From contig DBDD01000179.1 of the NCBI GenBank assembly GCA_002293365.1, positions 1 to 45,899 of the forward strand: a stretch of 45,899 nt of DNA. Reading direction: 5' to 3'. This stretch comes from Christensenella sp. UBA941. Lineage in GTDB: Bacteria > Bacillota > Clostridia > Christensenellales > UBA941. The notes under the pieces were generated by a model, which had not been told where the DNA came from, did not search any database, and saw only the letters and a program-made list of their open reading frames with translations. The position numbers were made by a program, and so were the translations under genes. Shown here piece after piece: positions 11,001-17,908 of the stretch. Positions within the stretch are counted from its first letter, which is position 1; each line of letters opens with the position of its first letter.

Positions 11001-11780
11001 CGCCTGTGCATGAGCAATATTCGCAGTACCGCCGAATATGCCGGGACGGTTGTTTACCGCATTAGCGCGCTTGACTACTTCCTCCGCGTCCGCCTGTTGC
11101 TCGCGCAGCTCGTCTAGCTGTGTGCGCCCGGCGGCAAGGTCAAGGTCTAAAAGGCGCTCCCGCTCCGCCTCTGCGTCCTCCTGTTGCTTCAAGGCTTTAT
11201 CCATTCGCTGCTGCTCGTAAGTGCTCTGCGCGTCTAAAAGGCGAGAACGCGCGGCGCGCGTTTCATTCGGTATATTGATCCTATTGGCTGGGTTCAGCTC
11301 ATTAAGCCAAGGCTGTCGACTAACCTCTTTCACTGGTTGCAGTCCCGGAACGTCCTCCGGCGTCAAGCTGTAGGGGTTTGCCAACTTCTTTGAACGCTCC
11401 TGATCATCAACCATCTGCCGCGCCATTGATTTCATAGCCTGTTCGAAATACACTGGGTTAAGCGGCTTAATAAGCGGCTTAATAAGCGGCTTAATACCAG
11501 GACGATTGGCGTTCAACGCGTCGAATACGGGATTACGCGCCCGCTCTGCCGCCATGCTCGTGACAATGCGTTCTTCGTCCTCGTTCTTCCTGGGCTGCGG
11601 TGTGACGCTCGCATAGTAATCAGACGCCCGAATAGGCTTTGCTGCCGAGCCCGGTGGTTTGAAACCGGCTTCGAGCTTATTAATAATGCGGTAGCGTCGC
11701 GGTCGCTTCTCTTCATTGCGTTGTTCGCGGGTATCGCGCATCCCGCGATTCCTGCGCTCGTATTTGTCTATAATCGACAT
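2100..11780 (-). CDS. Giant (3226 aa) multi-domain virion-associated protein of the polyvalent / ejection-protein type
   Basis: This is a single uninterrupted ORF. Approximate domains:
- charged coiled-coil N-terminus;
- Gly/Ala-rich hydrophobic block (about aa 470-690);
- H-x2-KRH domain GIEHIDKRHG (about aa 880-1020), like phage barnase/EndoU/RelE-type nuclease domains of polyvalent proteins;
- zincin motif VAVHELTHF (H1170-E-x-x-H1174, nt 8257-8276);
- a further LPD-like domain (about aa 1350-1470);
- a long alpha-rich C-terminal half ending in five xGDxxxAxxxIxxL repeats.
It lies among the tail genes. Confidence 0.6.
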   Translation of the reverse strand: MSIIDKYERRNRGMRDTREQRNEEKRPRRYRIINKLEAGFKPPGSAAKPIRASDYYASVTPQPRKNEDEERIVTSMAAERARNPVFDALNANRPGIKPLIKPLIKPLNPVYFEQAMKSMARQMVDDQERSKKLANPYSLTPEDVPGLQPVKEVSRQPWLNELNPANRINIPNETRAARSRLLDAQSTYEQQRMDKALKQQEDAEAERERLLDLDLAAGRTQLDELREQQADAEEVVKRANAVNNRPGIFGGTANIAHAQALNDAAKIATERLSGLTPQVRAAESDYRQAEYLQQQARYENDIGYGTPEFKELARQGRQIQTDKTRAASSSGDFALGLGLEGIASQATGGRNVDPVLTKGIGNTPYDHRYRTDAEEDVFYAILAKHGPQAASEYTGFLDTYLKERSAAFTSELTQKAATEYPVPASILSVLAAPAEGEAFVKSVGKQIAGAKIDPNDPMFDASRFRSTTRGAVSQNIKGALPGLGGEAAAFLYNTGMSTGDFLANSAYSSAFGPWASTAASVIMGTGAATNATLDALDRGATQEQALTVGFWSGMAELIFEKFSLDHFIGLTGVGRGDFIKNTFKQAGIEASEEMATEIANIVADNTIMGDMSNYNNAVKSYIQAGMSEDAAKKRASGDMLVNIGLAGAGGALSGAAVGTVGGAAGRIGTTPSNNTQTQRAASTTAPPDDIARRAEYEAAAPGVAAEQAQPTRPTNDALSQPQTPINPIATRSAAVYNDTNADTEVTGIASVEDGKVNVQLADGETAALDDITIDDTAIDRLYNQARMFDTSAAQALISGYDGSDVAEYTKGFSAVYNAARNGKTFEQAVTGSLAGKQLSPEARKAAYSAGQNAGSVARAEARYSAPVQGYEDSVNREIVDAVEAVRSGSKEYIKPITMSEASGRFASDIKELTGVDVTNYKHGIQRDGIEHIDKRHGPEGQQDQSMASADDIGRIQFVIENYDQSSLVYNDEGKQVLSSKYKDSSGKFAPVVVLSKKVNGYYYVAEAVPDAKSKTIWVLSAYKNKNGYSHVPDAGLAPPPDYTANTEHESDPFNNSIPTTPKNVNETSKTRATKHPPPAGATLFTKEGMGSQQEGTPGVRRVHPKELSARQLMQIDGLEALGKKLGVGIAIVDSIQTERGNANGKFDPETGSITIALDAVDEGYMFVAVHELTHFIEEYDPKGFEMFADFVREALEKNGVDFDAEVQYQMEAFRLSEKDARGEVIANNVPAILTNESYVRQIFEADRTLFQKIADFIKKFIDDLNEIYNSLAGNKSWQQMDALKGDIESLQTISETFDTMVQDAGEYRRQRAETGGEVRLSPRLDKNFAATQDIEANYRTVANMEPVATITGNEFQKGQIDLVTQVEEYFKSIGNEAINPDVGKIKLDRLSVKADIAHGIGRAKAASFKAVPSVIEKGKILDIQHNWKNRNYDTVVVAAPIKYIGEDALMGVVLRKKVDEDDFYLHEIAIENTSAFKTGPSLAGANSGAGVSSLFSILQKIPSYKGETLGNGKDINRFSLKDANAAYTQELIANGKIEINDAGLIRINDGDAISKATWSKISTALKRLGFDVRGADDAKTLYTRGNFLRDMQSEAVRKILGLEEVPDEQAKADAAKAVATKAARRFGTTSRFDLAGYLTVNGSLLDFSEGQRSRTLDHREISDILDLPDDAGYSDGLIEFMNQGNVRLQSYGIDISVEPNSKQIPVLRRFFESKNGEIVVDFSAQNGYNMDSVEYPEGTRADRIIRDIKRYFETGEAPVISDVARFRFSLQDPSPVAEDTFKRYTKFKEAESIVTELHKTLSASGARALNKQTVERIAHQFITRIGSKYDAATFAENLTELIGTYAENPDIPARDFIEAGASVMKPVLENARSFDQIAFDADANAREYMKNTPIVLSDTQRQEAEYANGSFRAFRNSLFGKVKIVNKNGVPLDKAWQELSSMRPDLFPPDTNEGDQPAVLYNAAQSLKKSVYYQNEYGYDLDGAAVDAFLTAFAEYANSPEIRGSLVKSRAYAKEQMEARLKSIQQSAFARRQELERRYNEAATPAERIKVRDEFFKLKGKDHLALLERQARVSDWREVERAGRDAAEKYLDRIFRNAKDLYIRLTRPSDKKHMPDALREVVGGLVQALDFTKYHNGKEIGASVLWSTKMRALSKELSKAEDGADKAYANSMIDVDPDIVNDIDVFIERSESVGSVYNMSVRQLKELDGLLDRVKHMIVNANATHANERYQTTTRLGDASIAEMNAKKPSTKIDISMLDAFSFFERLGPAGESVLNALRVGFDAKVRNINTAMEYMKEVLKGVDMQKLSGPNAPTQTFEIFDEKIELTKANIMELYILNKREQARGHIYGYGIKRLDSKGKNIFYAPALVTEEDVERITSTLTKKEIQIAEAMQKFLGNDVSQWGNYVSMTLWGYKKFRERNYWPIRSDSNYTRTLNKDGNSTADIWTLKNTGSTKATVEGANNALLLGDIFDTFVRHVDTMSSYNAFVIPLSDAMKWYNYTDGGVSVKQSIERLVGKRGQQYFINFIVAINGTSSSNIGLGWMEKLLRNAKVSAVGANVRVVLQQPTAYLRAANMISPKYLAGGGFVKDGVQKALKYSPIAQWKDWGFYDVRTGQSMREIIVGDKKGLDKVRGVLLAPAGWADKITWGALWGAVELETRDRHPELKRGSEEYNIAVGKRLSEIIDRTQVVDSVFHRSEIMRSQDSGQKLVTAFMAEPTKSYNMLRTAIDNAYQKWSTDSRRKLARAGVTFVASSVAAAAAAAVADAFRDDDEEKTWLEKYMSAFIGKGGSFQDVIFSNAGAALHPLGMIPGARDILSILEGFSVARMDMQSIERLANVAGAWIKYLSGDSRSSLYKMIYQSAGALSGITGIPAGNLMRDVVGLYNAISPNKIQWESETATLKKGYESIHKALVNGDAEKAAVLESELREKIAKNIAKSGTKYSNEEQEINNRIMQGVRDALIEHDPRIAQLAAMRPDMGGTWDHNAYKALFNEIVKQGFSEASVLGAVNTYISRANKAEITEVKPWEPEAYSEDTIAEAIRRAESGDTAALDAIKDSIPEDKTYWMNMPQSKEDYLSGIATDTYKDEYIEAATSGDMAKAASIEKLLVEELGMKEDTVKAWPIDAQSKALDSAVATGDTVAANEHINKLKELGRDETSIKKSITGKYRDKVIELSKAGDQQGIDEITRLLGSLELYKMEDGKRTFEQYYSEDLIAGWVESDRKKK
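11461..11496 (-). repeat. Perfect 12-bp x3 in-frame tandem repeat (encodes KPLI x3)
   Basis: The plus-strand unit agcggcttaata is repeated three times, and the protein reads RPGIKPLIKPLIKPLNP. Confidence 0.95.
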
Positions 11781-11783
11781 AGG

Positions 11784-13100
11784 CTATCTCCGTCCGCTCG
11801 TATACGCGTTCAGTTCTTCCAGCATTTCATACATTGCATTCTTCTGCTTGGCTGTATAGTTTGTTCCTGCAATTGCTTGTCTGGGGTCGCGCATTCCGCC
11901 GCCGCTATTCCAGATATTAATAACAACGTTTTCGAGCTGATCGACAGTTTTACCGTCTATCATCTTGTATGGATCGACGGCCTTGGAACTGCTCTTACTA
12001 CTCGAACCGCCCGAGCTTCCGCCGCTTCGCGCCTTCTGCGCGGCAAGCCCATATTCTTTCTCCCAATTCTGTTGCGCAAGCGAATCCTGCGATTGCTGGT
12101 AGGCGAACTGCTGCGCCCAATTCTGTTGCGCCAACTGGTCTTGTGACGCGCCGTAGTTGAAAGCGCGGTCGCTTTCGAAGTCGCTAACCTGGTCGCGATA
12201 CACGCCGTAGCCGAAGTTACGGTTGTCTTGCCAATCCGAGACGTTATCCCGATGAGCGCCGTAATCGCGGGCATAAGCCGCGTCGTAACGGTCGGCGGCG
12301 TAACCCCTGTCGCTGTACCAATCGCCGACAGTATCGCGGTGACGCCCATAATCCGTATTATCAAGGCCCTGCAAAAGCCCCATCTGGTTGTACATTTCCT
12401 GCCCCTCGTCGCGGTACATGCCGTAGGCGGCGTCGCGAAGCTGGGGGATAACGTCGTTCAAATTCTGTAAATATCCCTGGTACGCCTGCTGTCCCGCCGT
12501 CTGCGCGTAGGAGTTGCCGTATCCGCCGGAGAGCGCCGCCGCGTTTCCCATCGTATCAAGCATCGCCATTTTGCCCTTTTGCTGATACTGCTGGGCATAT
12601 TGCTGATACATGGGGTCTGAGGCGAAGTCGTAGCTGAACTTTTCGCGGTTCATTATTTTATCCAGAATACCTTGTATCTGGGTTGCATAATTACTCTGAT
12701 AAGCGCCCGGCCTGCTGCCTTCAATCTGTGCGAGCCGCGCCGCCGCATCATTGACGGCTCCCGACGGCGAGTATGTCGGCGCGCTGCCGTAGTTCGGGGA
12801 ATATGACGGCCTGTTTCCGTAATTGGTGAGAAAATTGACGGTAGGATTGTTGTTCGTCGGAGCTTGCGTAGAATTTGTACTCCCCGTATTCTGCCATAGG
12901 GAGGATAGAGTTTGCGTGCCGACAATGCCGTCCACTTGAAGGCCATACTTCTGCTGATAATCGCGGACGGCCTGTTGCGTCTGGCTCCCAAATATGCCAT
13001 CGGTGGCGAGACTATAGCCATTCTGATTGAGCAGCTTTTGAATCTCGGAAACAGCGCTGCCGCTCTGTCCTAATTTGATATTGCCTATCGACGCCGCCAT
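11784..13100 (-). CDS. Peptidoglycan-binding-domain protein with a Q/Y/N/D-rich repetitive body (putative virion/ejection protein)
   Basis: The N-terminus GQSGSAVSEIQKLLNQNGYSLATDGIFGSQTQQAVRDYQQKYGLQVDGIVGTQT matches PG_binding_1. Internal repeats are YGRHRDTVGDWYSDR / YGAHRDNVSDWQDNR / VYRDQVSDFESDR and QDQLAQQNW / QDSLAQQNW. No catalytic lysin motif was recognised. Confidence 0.55.
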   Translation of the reverse strand: MAASIGNIKLGQSGSAVSEIQKLLNQNGYSLATDGIFGSQTQQAVRDYQQKYGLQVDGIVGTQTLSSLWQNTGSTNSTQAPTNNNPTVNFLTNYGNRPSYSPNYGSAPTYSPSGAVNDAAARLAQIEGSRPGAYQSNYATQIQGILDKIMNREKFSYDFASDPMYQQYAQQYQQKGKMAMLDTMGNAAALSGGYGNSYAQTAGQQAYQGYLQNLNDVIPQLRDAAYGMYRDEGQEMYNQMGLLQGLDNTDYGRHRDTVGDWYSDRGYAADRYDAAYARDYGAHRDNVSDWQDNRNFGYGVYRDQVSDFESDRAFNYGASQDQLAQQNWAQQFAYQQSQDSLAQQNWEKEYGLAAQKARSGGSSGGSSSKSSSKAVDPYKMIDGKTVDQLENVVINIWNSGGGMRDPRQAIAGTNYTAKQKNAMYEMLEELNAYTSGRR

Positions 13101-13101
13101 G

Positions 13102-14373
13102 TTAAGCCTCCTTTGCTTCCAGCTTTAAAAGCCGTTCTTCTAGCGCTACAATGCGCTGATCCTGTGCGGCTATGCGTTTTTCCTGCGCGTTCGCGCGCCG
13201 CTTTAGCGCCGTAATGTCTTTACGCGCGCGAGCCCACTGTTTCTCTATCTTTTTTAAGCGCTTGCGCTGCCTTTGCGCCTCATCAACCAAAATAACGGTA
13301 ATCCTGTCGTATGCAAGTGTGAGCACTTGCTTCTTCATGCTGCAATCTTTAAACTTTCGAACAAGCTCCGGGCAGTATTTCTTAACATTATCAGCAATAA
13401 GACCAATTTGCGGCGTCTTGTCGGGATCATCAATCATGTTGTATCGCACGCACCTAAGCTTGTCGATTATGTCTTCGGAAAACGGCTTAATATTCTCTTT
13501 AAGCCTACGCATAGAGTAGCTCCCGACGGAACCGCCGGAGGAATAGAGGTATTGCGCGACACACTGGCTCCAAGCGCGCCCGCCGACGCCTACATTACCT
13601 CGTTGGTGAGAAGGCGGAATAACACTCACGTCATTGTACCCGCTGACTTGGCCGATATAGATTCCAGCTATACTTATATAGTTTGGATAGAAGAATACTT
13701 GCCCGTTTGCAGCGCTTAATGTCGTAAACGTTCCGCCAGCAGCCGATAGGTTTCCTGAGAACGTACCATTTACGCCGGATAGCGTGCCCGTAAACGTGCC
13801 GTCAGCCGCATTAAGATGCCTTACATACAGGCCGTTCACGTCAATATAGTTCGCGGATACCACTCCTGTTGTAATCAGCCCCGCATTGATGGAGCCGGTA
13901 GTAATATTGCTCCCGTTGATGGTTGTCGCGCCGGGCGTCGAAAGGCTCGTAAATGATACAAGACCGGACATATTTATTGTCTGGCTGGCAATGACGGTAT
14001 TACCAGCGGTAAGCTGTATTACGCTCGAAGTCGCGCCGTTTGATACGGAGAGCGTAAGGCTATGCGCATACTGGTCTATGCGCGAGATATCGCCCATCAT
14101 GTTTTGCACGGAAAGCTGAATACTGTCCGCCGTGCGCCTGATGGATGATATATTTCCCCAAGCGTCTTGCAGATCGTCGGAGAGCGCGGACGCCTTCTGA
14201 TACGCCCCTTCGATGGATTCTTTAAGCTCGTCCGAAAGGTTCTCGGCTCCCAGATTATTTAGGACAAAGCGAAGCTGCTCCGTCAGCGTATAAAGGTATT
14301 CCAGTATAAGCCGACGCTGCTTTTCGCTGGACAAATCGCTTTCTTTTATATCGGGCAAGGAGAATAAATCCAC
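13102..14373 (-). CDS. Tail fibre/spike with C-terminal intramolecular-chaperone (Peptidase_S74-like) domain
   Basis: The segment ...GSYSMRRLKENIKPFSEDIIDKLRCVRYNMIDDPDKTPQIGLIADNVKKYCPELV... followed by a coiled coil is typical of S74 auto-cleaving chaperone domains. The centre contains G/T/S-rich beta-helix-like repeats (GTFTGTLSGVNGTFSGNLSAAGGTFT). Confidence 0.7.
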   Translation of the reverse strand: MDLFSLPDIKESDLSSEKQRRLILEYLYTLTEQLRFVLNNLGAENLSDELKESIEGAYQKASALSDDLQDAWGNISSIRRTADSIQLSVQNMMGDISRIDQYAHSLTLSVSNGATSSVIQLTAGNTVIASQTINMSGLVSFTSLSTPGATTINGSNITTGSINAGLITTGVVSANYIDVNGLYVRHLNAADGTFTGTLSGVNGTFSGNLSAAGGTFTTLSAANGQVFFYPNYISIAGIYIGQVSGYNDVSVIPPSHQRGNVGVGGRAWSQCVAQYLYSSGGSVGSYSMRRLKENIKPFSEDIIDKLRCVRYNMIDDPDKTPQIGLIADNVKKYCPELVRKFKDCSMKKQVLTLAYDRITVILVDEAQRQRKRLKKIEKQWARARKDITALKRRANAQEKRIAAQDQRIVALEERLLKLEAKEA

Positions 14374-16088
14374 TAAATCTCACTCCCTTGCTCAATAGTT
14401 TTGGTAAGGGAGTAAACGCGGCATTCGCCCGTACCCCAAAGCCGTATACGCATAGTATCGCAGCGCCTCGGAATTATCGGCACGGTGAACGAACGCTTAT
14501 TCGTTATATTGATACGGTATTTTTCGGTCCATGCATCCTCGCCGTCGTATCTGATATCAACGTGAATCAGCGCATTATCCTCGACCTCAATGCGGAGTTG
14601 CAACTTTGAAATATACTTATTGTCCGGGCTGTTCATGCCGATATCGCCCGTCTCGGCATACCACGTTACCGGCCCTTCGAGCTTCGCGCCGTCGCCGTAG
14701 CGGTCGAGGCTCCCGTTCACCGAGTACAGTGTATTATCCGCGATAAAATACAGCTCCCCATCGAGCGCGGCGAAGTCGGAGGCATAGATATCATCCTCCT
14801 TGTGCCACATGGCCGTGCGCTCGTCGTGGACGAGGATAACGCCAGTTCCATCGTCGTGCAGCATCGAAATATAATATTTCGTCCCGATTGCGCCGCCTCT
14901 TGCGCTCATGTACGATGTGCTGCCAAGGGCGTCGGATATAGTGGTGGGGAGGGCGGAATTATACGCGACAACGCTCCCGCGCGCCTTATAGTAAAGAGTT
15001 TCGTTTACGAGCGCGAGGCTCTTTTCGCTGCCCTTCTCTACGCCTCGGCAGTTCGTATTAGTAATCTGGTAATTGCCCGGCTTATTGCCGTAAACTTTAT
15101 GTATCACGTCCTCTTTGAAAAAGAGAACGTAGCCCAAGTGAGTAAAGCAGCCGGTGAAGGCTCCGCTGGTGCCTACGGTCGCGGCGTAGCTGTCGGTGGA
15201 TATGCCCATGTAGCAGTTCCAATTCTTAGCGTCGCCGAGCTTACAGGCGTATATCTCATGCTTTTCAGAAGAGCAGCCCCATACCCGATTCTCGCTCTCG
15301 CAAAGATAATCCATATCGGGTATCTTCCGCTCGATTGTAACGGGCGTAGACTGAGTTGCAACCGCGTTTATAAGCGCTGTGATGATTATATAGTCATCTC
15401 CTACGGCTTGCAGGATAAATTCGCCGTTGAGGTCAGTATTGTCCATGCCCGAGATACTAACGCCGTCATGCTCACCGAACGCGGCTCCAATGCCGGTCGC
15501 AGATATCTTTGCATAAGTGGTGGGAACGCTTTGCCACATGCCTTGAGTGGATGAGTATATTTTGAGGACGTTCGGCGTGCTGCTTGTATCGATCCAGAGC
15601 GCGCCGTTCGCTGGGCTGGCCGGAGCCGTCGCCGAAACTGTATATCCTGTATAGTCCGTACCGTCCAGCTTACAGAGCGATATTGTCACTGTACCGCCGG
15701 TAGTTGTCTTTGCGCCCAGCGAGCCGAACTCGCCGGTCGTGCTGTTGTAATAAACCTTGTCCGGCCATATAAGCACATACGCGCCCATGCCTACGAATTG
15801 CTTCGGGCTGTCCTTGACCGTTCCGACCATAGCGCCGTCGTAATAAAAATCAGTACCGTCTACCCAGCACAGTTTTTCGTGCGCATACAGGCCGTTGGGC
15901 TTCGCGAACTTTCTCAGTATCCCGCGCCTGCGCCGAGGAGCCAGCAGAGGATAGAGGTCGCCCGAACAATTGCGCATATCGTAAAATTCGTTCTCCTGAA
16001 TGCGGAGGTTATGATTATAACCCCCGAAATCGTTTATCATTTCGCGGGTGGTAATCATTGGTTTCAGCATCGGCAATGTGTATCCCAT
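14373..16088 (-). CDS. Tail structural protein (putative nozzle/hub; beta-propeller-like repeats)
   Basis: The 571-aa ORF lies between the adaptor-like gene and the tail fibre and overlaps the next gene by 1 nt. It has recurrent strand-like motifs (YVLIWPDKVYYN, GYVLFFKEDVIHKVYG, TLYYKARGSVVAYN, TKYYISMLHDDG, ELYFIADNTLYSVNG). I did not recognise a family. Confidence 0.4.
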   Translation of the reverse strand: MGYTLPMLKPMITTREMINDFGGYNHNLRIQENEFYDMRNCSGDLYPLLAPRRRRGILRKFAKPNGLYAHEKLCWVDGTDFYYDGAMVGTVKDSPKQFVGMGAYVLIWPDKVYYNSTTGEFGSLGAKTTTGGTVTISLCKLDGTDYTGYTVSATAPASPANGALWIDTSSTPNVLKIYSSTQGMWQSVPTTYAKISATGIGAAFGEHDGVSISGMDNTDLNGEFILQAVGDDYIIITALINAVATQSTPVTIERKIPDMDYLCESENRVWGCSSEKHEIYACKLGDAKNWNCYMGISTDSYAATVGTSGAFTGCFTHLGYVLFFKEDVIHKVYGNKPGNYQITNTNCRGVEKGSEKSLALVNETLYYKARGSVVAYNSALPTTISDALGSTSYMSARGGAIGTKYYISMLHDDGTGVILVHDERTAMWHKEDDIYASDFAALDGELYFIADNTLYSVNGSLDRYGDGAKLEGPVTWYAETGDIGMNSPDNKYISKLQLRIEVEDNALIHVDIRYDGEDAWTEKYRINITNKRSFTVPIIPRRCDTMRIRLWGTGECRVYSLTKTIEQGSEI

Positions 16089-16096
16089 CCGGCCCC

Positions 16097-16465
16097 CTAA
16101 ATGCTGATGTACGAGCGCTGTTTCGGCATATGCGTCCGGTTGAACCAGTCTATAAACGCTTCCTGCGTAAGCGTAAACATAACCACAGATTGATTGTATC
16201 TGTCTGTTTCGCCGTTATGGTAATCGATCTGAGCGGCGCAATATTTTATATAGACGTCCGAGTACGGCTCCGGCACCATAAGCACGGTGTTGAGTTTGTC
16301 GGGGCAATACGGCCCGTGCTGTATTTTGTCACAGCTCCTATGCCATCTGACATTTTCATGGAATAAAAGCCCGTCCAAGTCCGAGAGCCAACGAATAACC
16401 GTCGCATCGTCGTAATGGTGAGGCTTGACGTTGTTTATCTGCGTAATAGCGTCTTGTATCGTCAT
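16097..16465 (-). CDS. Putative head-tail adaptor / head completion protein
   Basis: I moved the start to ATG 16465, which has GGAGG upstream and begins MTIQDAITQINNVKPHH.... The functional call rests on synteny after the capsid gene and a size of about 122 aa, so it is weak. Confidence 0.35.
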   Translation of the reverse strand: MTIQDAITQINNVKPHHYDDATVIRWLSDLDGLLFHENVRWHRSCDKIQHGPYCPDKLNTVLMVPEPYSDVYIKYCAAQIDYHNGETDRYNQSVVMFTLTQEAFIDWFNRTHMPKQRSYISI

Positions 16466-16537
16466 ATACAATACCTCCGCCGCGCGCCGGAATCGAACCG
16501 GCAATGCCTTTCGCGGCACGAAGGGGCCGAAGCCCCT

Positions 16538-16867
16538 CTAATCCTTGAGTTTCTCCGCCGCCTCAGCGACAAGGCCGTCGATTAGCTGTATCGTAGCCTC
16601 ATTCTGCTTGTCAGCGTTTTCGATAACCGCCGCGACGTAGCGCGGAACCTTGACCTTCACGCCGCAGGCAATCGAAAATGTGCGGTTATTTACAGAAACG
16701 AAGACGCGCTTTGGTCCCTTTTTGGTGAGGGGCAGCTTAATTTCAACCAGCTCATAAGGGTCTGGCCTTGCGGGAGCCTCCTCAACGGGCGCGGCGGCTT
16801 CGCCGGTGGTGGTGACGCCGTTTTCTTCGTTGGTCGGCGTTTTATCTTCTGTGCTCGACTTGCTCAT
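16538..16867 (-). CDS. Small acidic protein downstream of the capsid gene (possible decoration/auxiliary head protein)
   Basis: I moved the start to ATG 16867 (MSKSSTEDK...), which has AGGAGGAG upstream. The longer listed ORF would overlap the capsid gene. Confidence 0.4.
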   Translation of the reverse strand: MSKSSTEDKTPTNEENGVTTTGEAAAPVEEAPARPDPYELVEIKLPLTKKGPKRVFVSVNNRTFSIACGVKVKVPRYVAAVIENADKQNEATIQLIDGLVAEAAEKLKD

Positions 16868-16877
16868 ACACTCCTCC

Positions 16878-17897
16878 TTAATTTGATTCCGCCATCGGGT
16901 TCGATTCCGAGCCGTGCTCAACACGGCACGCATACTGCTGTACCAGCATCTCAGCCACGGCCATAGCTTTCCAGCCAGCCGTTGCGCGCTGATTCAGCGG
17001 GTCCGACGTACCGGCGGAGCCGAGCGGCTTCACGATATGCTTCAACCCGCCGCCCTCAACGCTTGTCACGCCGTAGGAATGCTGGCCGAAGAACATGGAG
17101 CAGTAAACCGCACAGCCGTCAGCGCCAGCGCCGCCAACGATCTTCGCCTCGGTGGATTCGACGAAGCGAACGCCGCCGAGCCGCCCGATTTCGCCCCTGT
17201 AAATGTTCTCGGGCGTCGTATACTTATGCGCCTCAGTCCACCCGTCACTGTTCATGATATCGCAGGCGGTGTCAGGGTGGATTACGGCGACGTAGTAGCC
17301 GTCCGAAAACGGGAGCGTGTTATACCGCCGCAGCTTCGCCACAACTTGATTGATAACTTTGGGCGTCAGCAAACAGGATCCGTCAATGTCGCCGCGCATG
17401 AGCACTTCGGAGCCGTCCGCCTTGGGCGGGTAGGTGACGTTTGTACCGGCGGTAACGATCTCCCTGGTAACGGTGTCCAGCGTGCGGCCCGCCTGCGAGC
17501 CCAAGAGCTGCATCGCTATTTCGAGGTTCGGATCAATCGCCGTCAGGTCCAATACGTCGGATATCTCGATGAAATCGCCGTACTGATCCACTTCGGCGTT
17601 GATCTTGGTAACGTCGAGCTTGTTGCCTTCCGGGGTCACGCCTTCCGTAAGGGGCGTGGTCGCTTTATCGAGCGGGGTGTATTTGCGGAACTCGATGATT
17701 TTGCCGCCGCCCTTTGGGATCGGCTTCTTGTCGCCGAACTGATTGTATACGAGATTGGGCTCCGCGTTGTCGATGAGCCGCTTATCGTAGTATGTTTTCA
17801 TCTCCGGGCTCAAATCGTTGCCCGGCGTGTTTAGGAGGGTCGTTTGCGTATCAAACAACCGGAGGTTCAGGATAACTAATATCTTTGGCTTAACCAT
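16878..17897 (-). CDS. Major capsid protein (HK97-fold type) with a cleavable N-terminal leader
   Basis: The 339-aa ORF follows the scaffold gene. Its sequence pattern (..NLVYNQFGDKKPIPKGGGKIIEFRKYTPL..) is typical of phage major capsid proteins. The N-terminal ILNLRLFD matches the Prp-type leader. AAGGAG lies upstream. Confidence 0.75.
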   Translation of the reverse strand: MVKPKILVILNLRLFDTQTTLLNTPGNDLSPEMKTYYDKRLIDNAEPNLVYNQFGDKKPIPKGGGKIIEFRKYTPLDKATTPLTEGVTPEGNKLDVTKINAEVDQYGDFIEISDVLDLTAIDPNLEIAMQLLGSQAGRTLDTVTREIVTAGTNVTYPPKADGSEVLMRGDIDGSCLLTPKVINQVVAKLRRYNTLPFSDGYYVAVIHPDTACDIMNSDGWTEAHKYTTPENIYRGEIGRLGGVRFVESTEAKIVGGAGADGCAVYCSMFFGQHSYGVTSVEGGGLKHIVKPLGSAGTSDPLNQRATAGWKAMAVAEMLVQQYACRVEHGSESNPMAESN

Positions 17898-17908
17898 AAT
17901 TTATCTCC

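Noticed and set aside
2251-11716. About 40 short ORFs on both strands inside the giant gene
   Set aside because: All are embedded in one continuous 3226-codon frame with protein-like composition. They show the low-complexity Arg/Ala/Pro bias typical of off-frame GC-rich DNA.
2100-11780. Giant protein as an N4-like virion RNA polymerase
   Set aside because: Size and virion-module position made me consider it. I could find no single-subunit RNAP-like motifs by eye, and I do see an HExxH peptidase and nuclease-like domains typical of polyvalent proteins. I cannot exclude it without profile searches.
16914-17834. 306-aa plus-strand ORF
   Set aside because: It is antisense to the major capsid gene, has Arg/Ala-rich composition and has no RBS.
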